DNA of 63,734 nt from Oscillospiraceae bacterium. GTDB lineage: Bacteria > Bacillota > Clostridia > Oscillospirales > CAG-382. The notes beneath the pieces are model-generated. The model had not been told where the DNA came from. It made no database searches and was given only the letters and a program-made list of their open reading frames with translations. A program made the translations under genes and the position numbers. Shown here one piece after another: positions 37,999 to 47,231 of the stretch; positions within the stretch are counted from its first letter, which is position 1, and every line of letters begins with the position of its first letter. The DNA lies in NCBI GenBank assembly GCA_022508745.1, contig JAFLUP010000002.1:1-63734 (forward strand), written 5' to 3'.

Positions 37999-38781
37999 AT
38001 GGAACAAACGCGCATATACGGAAGGGCCGTGGGGTACGAATGTCGCGGCTCTGCACAGAGCAAAGACACGATCGCCCTGTTCCTGCACGGCTGGGGCGCC
38101 ACGGGCGGGCTGTTCGGCAGGCTGCTTGACACGGTGGGGGAAAAATACTTCACCCTTGCCCCCGATCTGCCCGGTTTCGGGAGCAGCGAGGAACCTGCGG
38201 AGCCGTGGGATGTGGACGGATTCGTCGCCTTTGTTCTGGCGTTTTTGGAGCAATGGAAGCCGAAAAGTGTGCTTCTGTTCGGACATTCCTTCGGCGGGCG
38301 CGTTTCGATCAAGCTGGGTGCGCGGAAGGATCTGCCGTTTCGCATAGAAAAAATCGTGCTGTTCGACGCGGCGGGCATCCTGCCCAAGCGGAGCCTTTCC
38401 TACAAGCTGAAGGTCGGAACGTACAAGTGCGGCAAGAAGGTGCTTTCTCTGCCGCCGGTGCGGAAGCTGTTCCCCCATGCGCTGGAGCGCCTGCAAAAGA
38501 AGAAGGGCAGCGCGGATTACGCCGCCGCATCCCCGGTGATGCGTGCCTGTCTGGTCAAGGCGGTCAACGAGGATCTGGAGCCGCTGCTGCCGGAGATCTC
38601 CGTGCCCACGCTGCTGATCTGGGGGGAGAACGACACGGCGACCCCGCTTTCCGACGGGATCCGCATGGAAAAAGCCATCCCGGACGCGGGGCTGGTGCGT
38701 CTGCCCGGGGCGGGACATTTCTCGTTTTTGGATGACGCATATACCTGTGACAGGGTTTTGCGAAGTTTTTTGAAGATTTGA
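37999..38781 (+). CDS. Alpha/beta hydrolase
   Basis: Start ATG 37999, 10 nt after GGGAGG. Nucleophile elbow GHSFGG. HG oxyanion motif LFLHGWG. Confidence 0.85.
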   Translation: MEQTRIYGRAVGYECRGSAQSKDTIALFLHGWGATGGLFGRLLDTVGEKYFTLAPDLPGFGSSEEPAEPWDVDGFVAFVLAFLEQWKPKSVLLFGHSFGGRVSIKLGARKDLPFRIEKIVLFDAAGILPKRSLSYKLKVGTYKCGKKVLSLPPVRKLFPHALERLQKKKGSADYAAASPVMRACLVKAVNEDLEPLLPEISVPTLLIWGENDTATPLSDGIRMEKAIPDAGLVRLPGAGHFSFLDDAYTCDRVLRSFLKI

Positions 38782-38814
38782 CCTTCATTCGGGTGCGAAA
38801 GGAGCGTTTTCGTC

Positions 38815-40392
38815 ATGGTTTTCTGCCATATCGCCGCGTGCGTGTGTCTGCTGATCTGGGCGGCGGGCAGCCTCTTTGCCGCACTGCATTGGATGCACCT
38901 GCTGCAACTGCAATCCTACCGCGCTCATGAGCTTTGGCGCCGTCTGGTCGGCGCGCCTTTGAAGCTGGCAGGCGGGTTGCTTCCGGCGCTGGCTGCTCTG
39001 CCCTTCGCCGTGTTTGCCACGGAAGGGGAGGGGAGCCTTTGGCTGTGGGCGGTCTGCGCTCTGCTGTTTGCCCTTTCCGCTGTGATCCTGCGTCCCCGCA
39101 GGAAGAACGTGAAAAAACCGCTGGTGTTCACCGGGCGGGTGAAGCGTCTGACGGCGGTCTACGGGCTGTTGCTTTTGGCTTGTTTGGCGCTTTCCGTTCT
39201 GTTCTATCTGCGAGGCGGACGGTGGCTGCTGCCGGTTTCTCTCGCGCTGCTGTTTTCCCTGTTTCTGGCGATCCTTGCCAACTGGATCTGCGCGCCGGTG
39301 GAGAGGGCGGTCAAACGCTGGTACACCAACGACGCCATCAAAAAACTGCGGGGAAGCACCGGGCTGCTGACGCTGGGGGTCACGGGCTCCTACGGGAAAA
39401 CAAGTGTTAAGACCTATCTGGGCGCTCTGCTGGGGGTACAGTACGACACCCTGATCACGCCGGAGAGCTTCAACACGCCCATGGGCGTGGTTCGCACCGT
39501 GCGGGAGCATCTGCGCACCACCCACGAGGTGTTCGTCTGCGAGATGGGCGCAAGGCACGTGGGGGACATCAAGGAGCTTTGCGATCTGGTGCATCCGCAA
39601 CACGGGCTGATCACCGCCATCGGGAATCAGCATTTGGAGACCTTCCACACGCAGGAAAATATCGTTCACACCAAATATGAATTGGCGGACGCGCTTCCGC
39701 CGGAGGGGAAGCTGTTCCTCAACGGGGATTGCGATCTGATCCGTGAGAACCTTCCTTCCCGTCCGTACATCACCTACGGGCTGGGGGAAGGGAACGACTA
39801 CCGGGCGACGGACGTGGAGCTCTCCCTCACCGGCACTTCCTTCACGGTGTCCGCGCCGGACGGGGAAAGCTACCGTTATCGGATGCCCCTCATCGGGGGG
39901 CACAGCGTCCTCAACGTGACCGGCGCCATCGCCGTCTGTCACACCTTCGGCATCCCGCTTGCTTCCCTCGCACCTGCGGTGCGCAAGCTGGCGGCTGTTC
40001 CTCACCGGATGCAGCTGCGGGCAGGGGAGATCACCTACATCGACGACGCGTACAACTCCAATCCCGCCGGCTGCCGCGCGGCGCTGGAAACGCTGGGGCG
40101 GTTCGACGCCTGCCGGATCCTGGTGACGCCGGGCATGGTGGAGCTGGGGGCGGACATGGAGCGCTGCAACGAGGAATTCGGCGCACAGGCGGCGGAAGTG
40201 TGCGATCTGTGCGTGTTGGTAGGTGAGAAGCAGGCTGTCCCGATCAAGCGCGGGCTGTTGAACGCCGGATACCCGGAGGAACGCATCCGGGTGGTGCGCA
40301 CCTTGCAGGAGGCGCTGGCGGAAGTGAACGCTTTCCGCTCTGAAAAACGAAAAGTTGTGCTTTTAGAAAACGATTTGCCCGACCAATATTGA
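38815..40392 (+). CDS. murF: UDP-MurNAc-tripeptide--D-Ala-D-Ala ligase (MurF-like) with polytopic membrane N-terminus
   Basis: P-loop GVTGSYGKTS at residue ~188, then Mur ligase central and C-terminal domains (DDAYNSNP). The first ~160 aa are five hydrophobic helices. Confidence 0.85.
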   Translation: MVFCHIAACVCLLIWAAGSLFAALHWMHLLQLQSYRAHELWRRLVGAPLKLAGGLLPALAALPFAVFATEGEGSLWLWAVCALLFALSAVILRPRRKNVKKPLVFTGRVKRLTAVYGLLLLACLALSVLFYLRGGRWLLPVSLALLFSLFLAILANWICAPVERAVKRWYTNDAIKKLRGSTGLLTLGVTGSYGKTSVKTYLGALLGVQYDTLITPESFNTPMGVVRTVREHLRTTHEVFVCEMGARHVGDIKELCDLVHPQHGLITAIGNQHLETFHTQENIVHTKYELADALPPEGKLFLNGDCDLIRENLPSRPYITYGLGEGNDYRATDVELSLTGTSFTVSAPDGESYRYRMPLIGGHSVLNVTGAIAVCHTFGIPLASLAPAVRKLAAVPHRMQLRAGEITYIDDAYNSNPAGCRAALETLGRFDACRILVTPGMVELGADMERCNEEFGAQAAEVCDLCVLVGEKQAVPIKRGLLNAGYPEERIRVVRTLQEALAEVNAFRSEKRKVVLLENDLPDQY

Positions 40393-40406
40393 GAAAGGGA
40401 TACGAT

Positions 40407-41624
40407 ATGAAAATACAGGTTGCGGTGTTGTTCGGCGGCAGGAGCGTCGAGCATGAGATCTCCGTCATTTCGGCGGTTCAGGCCATGGAGAGCCTGAACA
40501 AAGAAACATATGACATTCTTCCCATCTACATGACCAAGGACAACGAGTTCTACACCGGCGACGTGCTGCGGGACATTCGGCGCTATCGGGACGTCCCCGG
40601 GCTGTTGAAGGATGCTACTCGCGTGACCTTCGCCCGGGAGGAGGGGCGCGTGGTGGTTAAGCGCGTGCCCGCCAAACGCTTCGGGAGCAGCGTGATCGCC
40701 ATGCCGGACGTGGCATTCCCCATCGTCCACGGCACCAACGTGGAGGACGGAGCACTGCAGGGCTTCCTGCGGACGCTGGGCATCCCCTTTGTGGGCTGCG
40801 ACGTGCTGGCTTCCGCGGTGGGCATGGACAAATACGTGATGAAATTGCTGTGGCAGGCGATGGGCTTCCCCGTGCTGCCCGCGCTACGCTTTTCCGCCGC
40901 CGAATATAGCGACCCGGAGGGGATCGTGCGGCAGGCGGAGGAGCAGATCGGCTATCCGATGATCGTTAAGCCGGTAAATCTGGGTTCCTCCGTGGGGATC
41001 TCGAAGGCTTCCGATCGGGATGGGCTGTATGCCGCGCTGGACACCGCCTTCACCTTTGCGGATACGGTGCTGTTGGAGCACGCCGTCACCAACCTGCGGG
41101 AGATCAACTGCGCCGTGCTGGGCGACGAGGACGGGGCGGAGGCTTCCGTGCTGGAGGAGCCGGTTTCCACGGACGAGATCCTTTCCTATACCGACAAATA
41201 CATGGACAATGGAGGCAAGGGCGGCAAAACAGGCGGAAAATCCGCCGGGATGGCGTCCCTCAAGCGGAAGATTCCCGCGGAGCTGCCGCAGGAGCGCACG
41301 GAGGAGATCCGTTCCCTCGCGGTGCGGGCGTTCCAAGCGCTGGGTTGCTCCGGCGTAGCCCGGATCGACTTCATGATCGACGGGGAAACGGACAAGGTGT
41401 ACCTCAACGAGATCAACACCATCCCCGGCTCTCTGGCGTTTTACCTCTGGGAGGCGGCGGGACTTTCCTACCCGGCGCTGCTGGATAAGCTGATTTCCCT
41501 CGCGCGGAAACGCGCCCGGAAGCAGGCGGGCATCACCTATTCCTTCGATACCAACGTCTTTGCCATGGGCGGCGGAATGGGTGTCGGCACGAAGGGCGCG
41601 AAAGGCAGCAAAACAGGCGCATAA
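40407..41624 (+). CDS. ddl: D-alanine--D-alanine ligase (long form)
   Basis: Start MKIQVAVLFGGRSVEHEIS. ATP-grasp strings. 14 nt after the murF stop, with RBS GAGAAAGGGA. Confidence 0.93.
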   Translation: MKIQVAVLFGGRSVEHEISVISAVQAMESLNKETYDILPIYMTKDNEFYTGDVLRDIRRYRDVPGLLKDATRVTFAREEGRVVVKRVPAKRFGSSVIAMPDVAFPIVHGTNVEDGALQGFLRTLGIPFVGCDVLASAVGMDKYVMKLLWQAMGFPVLPALRFSAAEYSDPEGIVRQAEEQIGYPMIVKPVNLGSSVGISKASDRDGLYAALDTAFTFADTVLLEHAVTNLREINCAVLGDEDGAEASVLEEPVSTDEILSYTDKYMDNGGKGGKTGGKSAGMASLKRKIPAELPQERTEEIRSLAVRAFQALGCSGVARIDFMIDGETDKVYLNEINTIPGSLAFYLWEAAGLSYPALLDKLISLARKRARKQAGITYSFDTNVFAMGGGMGVGTKGAKGSKTGA

Positions 41625-41644
41625 GCGCCGCATAAAAAGAAAAA

Positions 41645-41683
41645 GAACCCGATTGTCTGTCCGGACGATCGGGTATTTTTCTT
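41645..41683. terminator. Bidirectional terminator between ddl and convergent NUDIX gene
   Basis: Stem ACCCGAT / ATCGGGT with an inner GTC/GAC extension. A-run before and TTTTTCTTTC after. Confidence 0.6.
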
Positions 41684-41685
41684 TC

Positions 41686-42177
41686 TTACGGGAATTGCTT
41701 GAAATATTCGGAAAGCGCGGTGTATTCACGCAGATAGGCACCGCTTTTTTCTTCGTTGGAATCCAGAAAATCCTTGTATGCTGCATACATTGAAAGCATG
41801 GCGGTTCGGTCGATCCATTCAGGGACAAGACCGCGCTCCGCTTCCGTGTCGGTAAGCTGCTGTTCCGTTTTGCCGGTTACTTCACAGAGGAAATAGTGGC
41901 TTACAAAGTTGTAGTCGCCGTAATACTCATGGATGGTGAGAAAATGGATGGTCGGATGGACGATATAGCCGGTCTCCTCCCGGATCTCCCGCACACAGCA
42001 GGCTTCCGGCGTTTCGTCCCCCTCTAAACCGCCGCCCGGGATCAGGTAGTAATCGGCATTTCTCTCATGGGAGATCAGCATACGGTCGCCTTGCAGAACA
42101 ATTCCCCTGCATCCGACGCGCGTTTTGGTCGTGGCGACCTGATTTGCACCGTGAATTTCGATGATTTTGACCGGCAT
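41686..42177 (-). CDS. NUDIX hydrolase
   Basis: Start moved to MPVKIIEIHG (ATG 42177). Nudix box GGGLEGDETPEACCVREIREETGY. Confidence 0.8.
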   Translation of the reverse strand: MPVKIIEIHGANQVATTKTRVGCRGIVLQGDRMLISHERNADYYLIPGGGLEGDETPEACCVREIREETGYIVHPTIHFLTIHEYYGDYNFVSHYFLCEVTGKTEQQLTDTEAERGLVPEWIDRTAMLSMYAAYKDFLDSNEEKSGAYLREYTALSEYFKQFP

Positions 42178-42250
42178 GGCGTTCCCCTCCGTTGATGCAA
42201 AGAAAAGGAAGCGGCGGGGAAAGCTCCCCGCCGCTTTGTTTTTGGATGCA

Positions 42251-43399
42251 TTAGTGGCAGATGATCTTCTCGGTTTCCTTATCGAAGAAGTGGATGAGAG
42301 AAGCATCGATGGCGATGGCGGCGTTGTCGCCGGACTTCGCCTCGGAACGGGAGGACACGCGGGAGATCATGTTGATCGGTTCGCCTTCCTCGTCTTCGCC
42401 GAAGTTCAGGTACAGGTAGATCTCCGCACCCATCAACTCGGTGAATTCCACGTCCGCATGGAGGATGGTATCCTTGAACTTCTCCATGTAGACCGGCTCG
42501 TCATGCAGCAGCTCCGGACGGAGAGCGGCGATGACCTGCTTGGCGGGCTTGTTGGGGGTGCCGATGTATTCCTGCAGATCCTCGTCCTCTGCCTTTTCCT
42601 TCGGAAGGATCAGCTTGTTCTTGCCGAACTCCATGTACACGCCGTCGTCTCTGCGCACCAGGTTGCAGTTGATGAAGTTCATCTGCGGGGTGCCGATGAA
42701 GCCGGCGACGAAGATGTTGCAGGGCTTGTCGTAGAGGTTCTGCGGCGTATCCACCTGCTGGATCAGACCGTCCTTCATGACGACGATGCGGGTCGCCATG
42801 GTCATAGCCTCGACCTGGTCGTGGGTAACGTAGATGAAGGTGGTCTTCAGACGGATGTGCAGCTTGGTCAGCTCGGTTCTCATGGAGGCACGGAGCTTCG
42901 CGTCCAGGTTGGAGAGCGGCTCGTCGAGCAGGAAGACCTTCGGCTCACGGACGATGGCACGACCCAGCGCCACACGCTGCTTCTGACCGCCGGACAGCGC
43001 CTTCGGCTTTCTGTCGAGCAGGTGAGAGATATCCAGAATCTTCGCGGCTTCTTCCACGCGCTTCTTGATCTCTTCCTTACGGACCTTACGCAGCTTCAGA
43101 CCGAACGCCATGTTATCGAACACGGTCATGTGCGGATACAGCGCGTAGTTCTGGAACACCATGGCGATGTCTCTGTCCTTCGGGGCGACGTCGTTGACGC
43201 GCTTGTCATCGATGAACAGTTCGCCTTCGGTGATCTCTTCCAGACCGGCGATCATACGAAGGGTCGTGGTCTTACCGCAACCGGAAGGACCGACAAGGAT
43301 GATGAATTCCTTATCTTTGATTTCCAGATTGAAGTCCGAAACCGCAGTGACCCCGCCGGGGTACCGCTTATACATATGCTTGAAAAGTACGCTTGCCAT
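42251..43399 (-). CDS. Carbohydrate ABC transporter ATP-binding protein (MsmK/UgpC/MalK type), stand-alone
   Basis: GPSGCGKTT, LSGGQKQR, LLDEPLSNLD. C-terminal MalK-like regulatory domain. Confidence 0.93.
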   Translation of the reverse strand: MASVLFKHMYKRYPGGVTAVSDFNLEIKDKEFIILVGPSGCGKTTTLRMIAGLEEITEGELFIDDKRVNDVAPKDRDIAMVFQNYALYPHMTVFDNMAFGLKLRKVRKEEIKKRVEEAAKILDISHLLDRKPKALSGGQKQRVALGRAIVREPKVFLLDEPLSNLDAKLRASMRTELTKLHIRLKTTFIYVTHDQVEAMTMATRIVVMKDGLIQQVDTPQNLYDKPCNIFVAGFIGTPQMNFINCNLVRRDDGVYMEFGKNKLILPKEKAEDEDLQEYIGTPNKPAKQVIAALRPELLHDEPVYMEKFKDTILHADVEFTELMGAEIYLYLNFGEDEEGEPINMISRVSSRSEAKSGDNAAIAIDASLIHFFDKETEKIICH

Positions 43400-43560
43400 G
43401 TAATGAACCTCCTGATGAGGCGTTGAGCCGACTCAACATCTCAAAATAATTCGTTATCCTTATCATAACAAAAAACGAGGAAGAATGTAAGTACCTAACT
43501 ACCCAAACTTTCGCTTCTCCTTTTAGTGAAACTGCACAAGTGACGAGAGGGAAAAGGTGT

Positions 43561-44046
43561 TTATGCCCACCCTTCCACCTTCCCGTTGGGGCCTGTGGTG
43601 GTGATATCGCCGCCGATTACCCGGTTTTTGTAGATCAGTAGCGTAGCGTAGCGGACTTCTCCCATGTTGCCGTCGCTGGTTTCTCCGCCCGAAGGGGTCA
43701 GGGCGTAGGTGTAGCGCCGGACGGTTTTTCCCTTGTACTTTTCCAGATTCAATCCCTGCGCCTTTTGCAGTTGGTTATAGGTCTCGTACACGCTGTCGAA
43801 CACCTCCGGGATGACCACTTCCCCCGCGTAGACCGGGTTGGGGTCCGGTTCGTGCCCCAATTCCCGCAGGAAGGAGAGCTGCTCCTCCACGGTATCGACG
43901 CCCTTGTACTCCACCGCCGCGATCGCCACCTCGCCGGAGGGATCGATCACCGGCAGCAGCGCCACGATCCCCACGAGCACCGCCGCAGAAAACAGAATGG
44001 CGGCGAAAAACTTGATACTGGATGCTTTTACCGTACATACAAACAT
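43561..44046 (-). CDS. N-terminally anchored small protein (DUF4830-like), unknown function
   Basis: Single TM helix FFAAILFSAAVLVGIVALLPV, then a domain of about 120 aa. Confidence 0.55.
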   Translation of the reverse strand: MFVCTVKASSIKFFAAILFSAAVLVGIVALLPVIDPSGEVAIAAVEYKGVDTVEEQLSFLRELGHEPDPNPVYAGEVVIPEVFDSVYETYNQLQKAQGLNLEKYKGKTVRRYTYALTPSGGETSDGNMGEVRYATLLIYKNRVIGGDITTTGPNGKVEGWA

Positions 44047-44121
44047 GATACATAACCCTTTCCAAACAAGACCTGTTTCCGGTTTTGTTTCCAGTATATG
44101 GGGGAAAGGGGGTGGAATATG

Positions 44122-46080
44122 TCATGAATCGCGTTTTTGCCCGTCGATGACCTCCGCCGCGCTTTGCAATTCCTCGTCCAGGGTTTCGTATTCCATGTAG
44201 AGGGCGCTCAGCTTTTCTTCCAGCGCGTCGGCTTCCTCGTACAGCCGGTTGAGCAGGGCGTAGTCGGACGTGCCGACTTCCCGCTGCTGTTCTTCCCGGA
44301 TGCCGGAAAGCATGCCCTCGGTCTTTTCAATTTCCTTTTCCACCGCCTCGAAGCGTGCCTTTGCCGCCCGCAGACGGTTCTTCTGGCGTTTGGCGTCCTC
44401 GTAGGACTGTTTTCCCGCGCCGGCGGAGGGATCGTCAACGGGTTGCAGGGCGGCTTTGCCCGCTTCCGCGTTCGCCGCCTGCTTTTCCAAAAAGTGGGCG
44501 TAATCCCCCTTGAACAGCAGGCTGCCGCCGGGATGGGAAGGATCCAGCTCCAGAATGTCCGTGGCCAGCGCCCGCAGGAAGTAACGGTCGTGGGAGACGG
44601 CAAGCACCGTCCCGTTGTACTGCCGGAGGGCGTCCTCCAGCGTTTCCCGGGACGCGATATCCAGATGGTTGGTGGGCTCGTCGAGCACCAGCAGGCTGAC
44701 CCCGCAGGAGATCATTTTGGCGATGGAAAGCCGCGCCCGTTCGCCGCCGCTCAACACGGAGACCGGCTTGAACACATCCTCTCCCCGGAAGCCGAAGGAC
44801 GCCAGCATCCCCCGCACCTCTGCCATTTTCTTATCCGCGTAGACGCTCCAGAGTTCGTCCAGCACCGTGTTTTCCGGGTCCAGAAGCTGCTGCTCCTGAT
44901 CGTAGTAGCCGATGCTCTGGTTGTAGCCCAGCTCGAACACGCCGCTGTCCGCCGTTTCCCGTCCGGTGAGGATCTTCAGGAGGGTGGATTTTCCGGTACC
45001 ATTGGCGCCGATGACGAACAGCCGGTTCCCTCGCCGTAATTCGAAGGAAAGGGAGTCAAACAGCTTCGTACCGGGGTAGTGTTTGGAGAGTTCCCGCACG
45101 GAAAGCACCTGCTCGGAGCCGGAGCGGCTGTCCGCGATGCGGAAGGAGACGCCTTTCGGCGCATCCTGCGGGCGGTCGATCTTCACCATACGCGCCAGCG
45201 CTTTCTGGCGGCTTTCCGCCGCGATGATGTTGCGCTCTCGGTTCCAGCGGCGCTGCAGGGCGATAAATTCCTCGATGCGCTTGATCTCTTTTTGCTGCTG
45301 CTCGTAGTGGCGCAGCTGTGCCTCCCGTTCGTGCTTTTTCTTTTCCTGAAACGCGCTGTATCCGCCGCTGAACATCCGGCAGGTGCCGTGCTCAATCTCC
45401 ATGGTGTCGGTGGTGACGCTGTCGAGGAAGTAGCGGTCGTGGGAGACGATGAGGAAGGTCTTTTTGGAGTTGCGCACGAAGCCCTCCAGCCATTCGATGG
45501 CCTTGATGTCCAGATGGTTGGTGGGCTCGTCCAGCAGGATGATGTCCGGCTCCCGCAGCAGGAGCTTCGCCAGCAGCAGCTTGGTCTTCTGCCCGCCGGA
45601 GAGCAGCGAGGCGGATTCCTTTACCGCCTGATCGGAAAAGCCGAAGCGCTTCAGGATCGCAAGGGTCTTGGCGCGGAATTCGTTCCCGCCTTCCTTAATA
45701 AAACGCTCGTTGAGCTCTGTAAAGGGACCGATGGCGCTTTCGTCCCCCTGTTCCACCCGTTTTTGCAGGTCGTTTAGGCGTTCCTCCATGTTCAGCAGTT
45801 CGGAGAAGGCCTCCAGCGCGGTTTCGTATACGGTGGCGGTCAGCAGTTCGCCCTCGGTGTGCTGCTGTAAGCAGCCGATCTCCGCTCCCCGCTGCACGAA
45901 CACGTTGCCCTCCGTGGGCTCCAGCGCACCTCGCAGGAGGGAGAGCAGGGTGGTCTTTCCGGCACCGTTGACGCCGATGACCCCCACCTTTGCCCCCTGA
46001 TTGACGGAAAAGGTGACGTTGGTCAAAATTTCCTTGACGCCGACGGCGTAGGAAAGGTGATCGCAGGTCAATGTATACAT
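44122..46080 (-). CDS. ABC-F family ATPase (two NBDs, C-terminal coiled coil)
   Basis: Walker [10 protein letters not shown] and GANGTGKST, two LSGG signatures, no TM domain. Confidence 0.92.
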   Translation of the reverse strand: MYTLTCDHLSYAVGVKEILTNVTFSVNQGAKVGVIGVNGAGKTTLLSLLRGALEPTEGNVFVQRGAEIGCLQQHTEGELLTATVYETALEAFSELLNMEERLNDLQKRVEQGDESAIGPFTELNERFIKEGGNEFRAKTLAILKRFGFSDQAVKESASLLSGGQKTKLLLAKLLLREPDIILLDEPTNHLDIKAIEWLEGFVRNSKKTFLIVSHDRYFLDSVTTDTMEIEHGTCRMFSGGYSAFQEKKKHEREAQLRHYEQQQKEIKRIEEFIALQRRWNRERNIIAAESRQKALARMVKIDRPQDAPKGVSFRIADSRSGSEQVLSVRELSKHYPGTKLFDSLSFELRRGNRLFVIGANGTGKSTLLKILTGRETADSGVFELGYNQSIGYYDQEQQLLDPENTVLDELWSVYADKKMAEVRGMLASFGFRGEDVFKPVSVLSGGERARLSIAKMISCGVSLLVLDEPTNHLDIASRETLEDALRQYNGTVLAVSHDRYFLRALATDILELDPSHPGGSLLFKGDYAHFLEKQAANAEAGKAALQPVDDPSAGAGKQSYEDAKRQKNRLRAAKARFEAVEKEIEKTEGMLSGIREEQQREVGTSDYALLNRLYEEADALEEKLSALYMEYETLDEELQSAAEVIDGQKRDS

Positions 46081-46110
46081 GTCGGCGTTCCTTTCATACT
46101 CATTCAGTTT

Positions 46111-46139
46111 ATCATAGCATACGGAGCGCCGTTTGTCAA
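46111..46139 (-). promoter_or_regulatory. Sigma-A-type promoter of the ABC-F gene
   Basis: On the minus strand: TTGACA (46139-46134), 17 bp spacer, TATGAT (46116-46111). Confidence 0.7.
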
Positions 46140-46195
46140 TCGCGAAAAGGGTAAAAAAGAAGAGGACGATTGCCCCCTTCGGTTTGATTCGTTCG

Positions 46196-46408
46196 TTATT
46201 CGACGGATGTTTCCGCGTTCCGGCGACGGAACAGCAGCGAGATGCACCACGCGCCGCACAGCGCGACGATGGTATAAATGATCCGGCTGACCACAGCGGC
46301 CTGACCGCCGAAGATCCACGCCACCAGATCGAACTGGAACAGCCCGATGGCGCCCCAGTTGATGGCGCCGATGATGACGAGGAACAGTGCGATTCTGTCT
46401 AATATCAT
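46196..46408 (-). CDS. DUF378 small membrane protein
   Basis: IGAINWGAIGLFQFDLVAWIFGG is characteristic of DUF378. Confidence 0.8.
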   Translation of the reverse strand: MILDRIALFLVIIGAINWGAIGLFQFDLVAWIFGGQAAVVSRIIYTIVALCGAWCISLLFRRRNAETSVE

Positions 46409-46497
46409 AGGGTTTGATTCCTTTCGTTTGCAACAAACTGGAGAATGGTGCTCCGAGGAGTAGTTTGCGCGGATAACAAAAAATTATGCGGCGTCTC

Positions 46498-46526
46498 TTG
46501 ACAAATTTCGCGCGTTCATGTATGAT
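46498..46526 (+). promoter_or_regulatory. Sigma-A-type promoter of trmB
   Basis: TTGACA (46498-46503), 17 bp spacer, TGTATGAT (-10 at 46521-46526). Confidence 0.75.
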
Positions 46527-46574
46527 TTAGGAAAACCTTCAAACCATAAAGGCATAAAGGACGGTACACGCGTT

Positions 46575-47231
46575 ATGCATATGCGCAAAAAGAAAAATCG
46601 CGACGCGCGGCTGGGCAAAGTGGAAGGATATTTTGCTTCCACCGGGGAAAACGGCGAGCTGCTGCCGGAGGAGAGCTTCGATTCCCCCGGTCCGCTCTAT
46701 CTGGAGATCGGCTGCGGGAAGGGTTCCTTCATCACGGCGCTCGCGCTCCGCACGGAGGGAAAGCGGCTGCTTGCGGTGGAGCGCATCACGGACGCGCTGC
46801 TGATGGCAATGGAAAAATGCGCCGCGGCGGATTGCAAAAATCTGAAATTTCTGAACGCGGACGCGGGGCTGCTGCCGCAGATCCTGCCGCCTCATTCCGT
46901 GGAACGGCTGTACCTCAACTTCAGCGATCCGTGGCCGAAAAACAAGGATCGGGAGCGCAGGCTTACCTCCCGCACCTTTCTGGCGAAATACAAAGAGATC
47001 CTCGCGCCCGGCGCAAGGATCTGCTTCAAGACGGACAACCGTCCGCTGTTTGATTTTTCCCTCCGCTGCTTTGAGGAGGAAGGCTTCACGCTGGAACACG
47101 TCTGCTACGACCTGCACGGAAACCCGCCTACGGACAGCCCGGAGGCGTACGACATTGAGACGGAGTATGAGCGCAAGTTCAGCGCAAAGGGCTTTTCCAT
47201 TAACTATCTTGAGGCATACCTGCCGCAATGA
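46575..47231 (+). CDS. trmB: tRNA (guanine-N7)-methyltransferase
   Basis: Start placed downstream of the promoter. SAM motif LEIGCGKGSF and NFSDPWPK. Confidence 0.9.
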   Translation: MHMRKKKNRDARLGKVEGYFASTGENGELLPEESFDSPGPLYLEIGCGKGSFITALALRTEGKRLLAVERITDALLMAMEKCAAADCKNLKFLNADAGLLPQILPPHSVERLYLNFSDPWPKNKDRERRLTSRTFLAKYKEILAPGARICFKTDNRPLFDFSLRCFEEEGFTLEHVCYDLHGNPPTDSPEAYDIETEYERKFSAKGFSINYLEAYLPQ

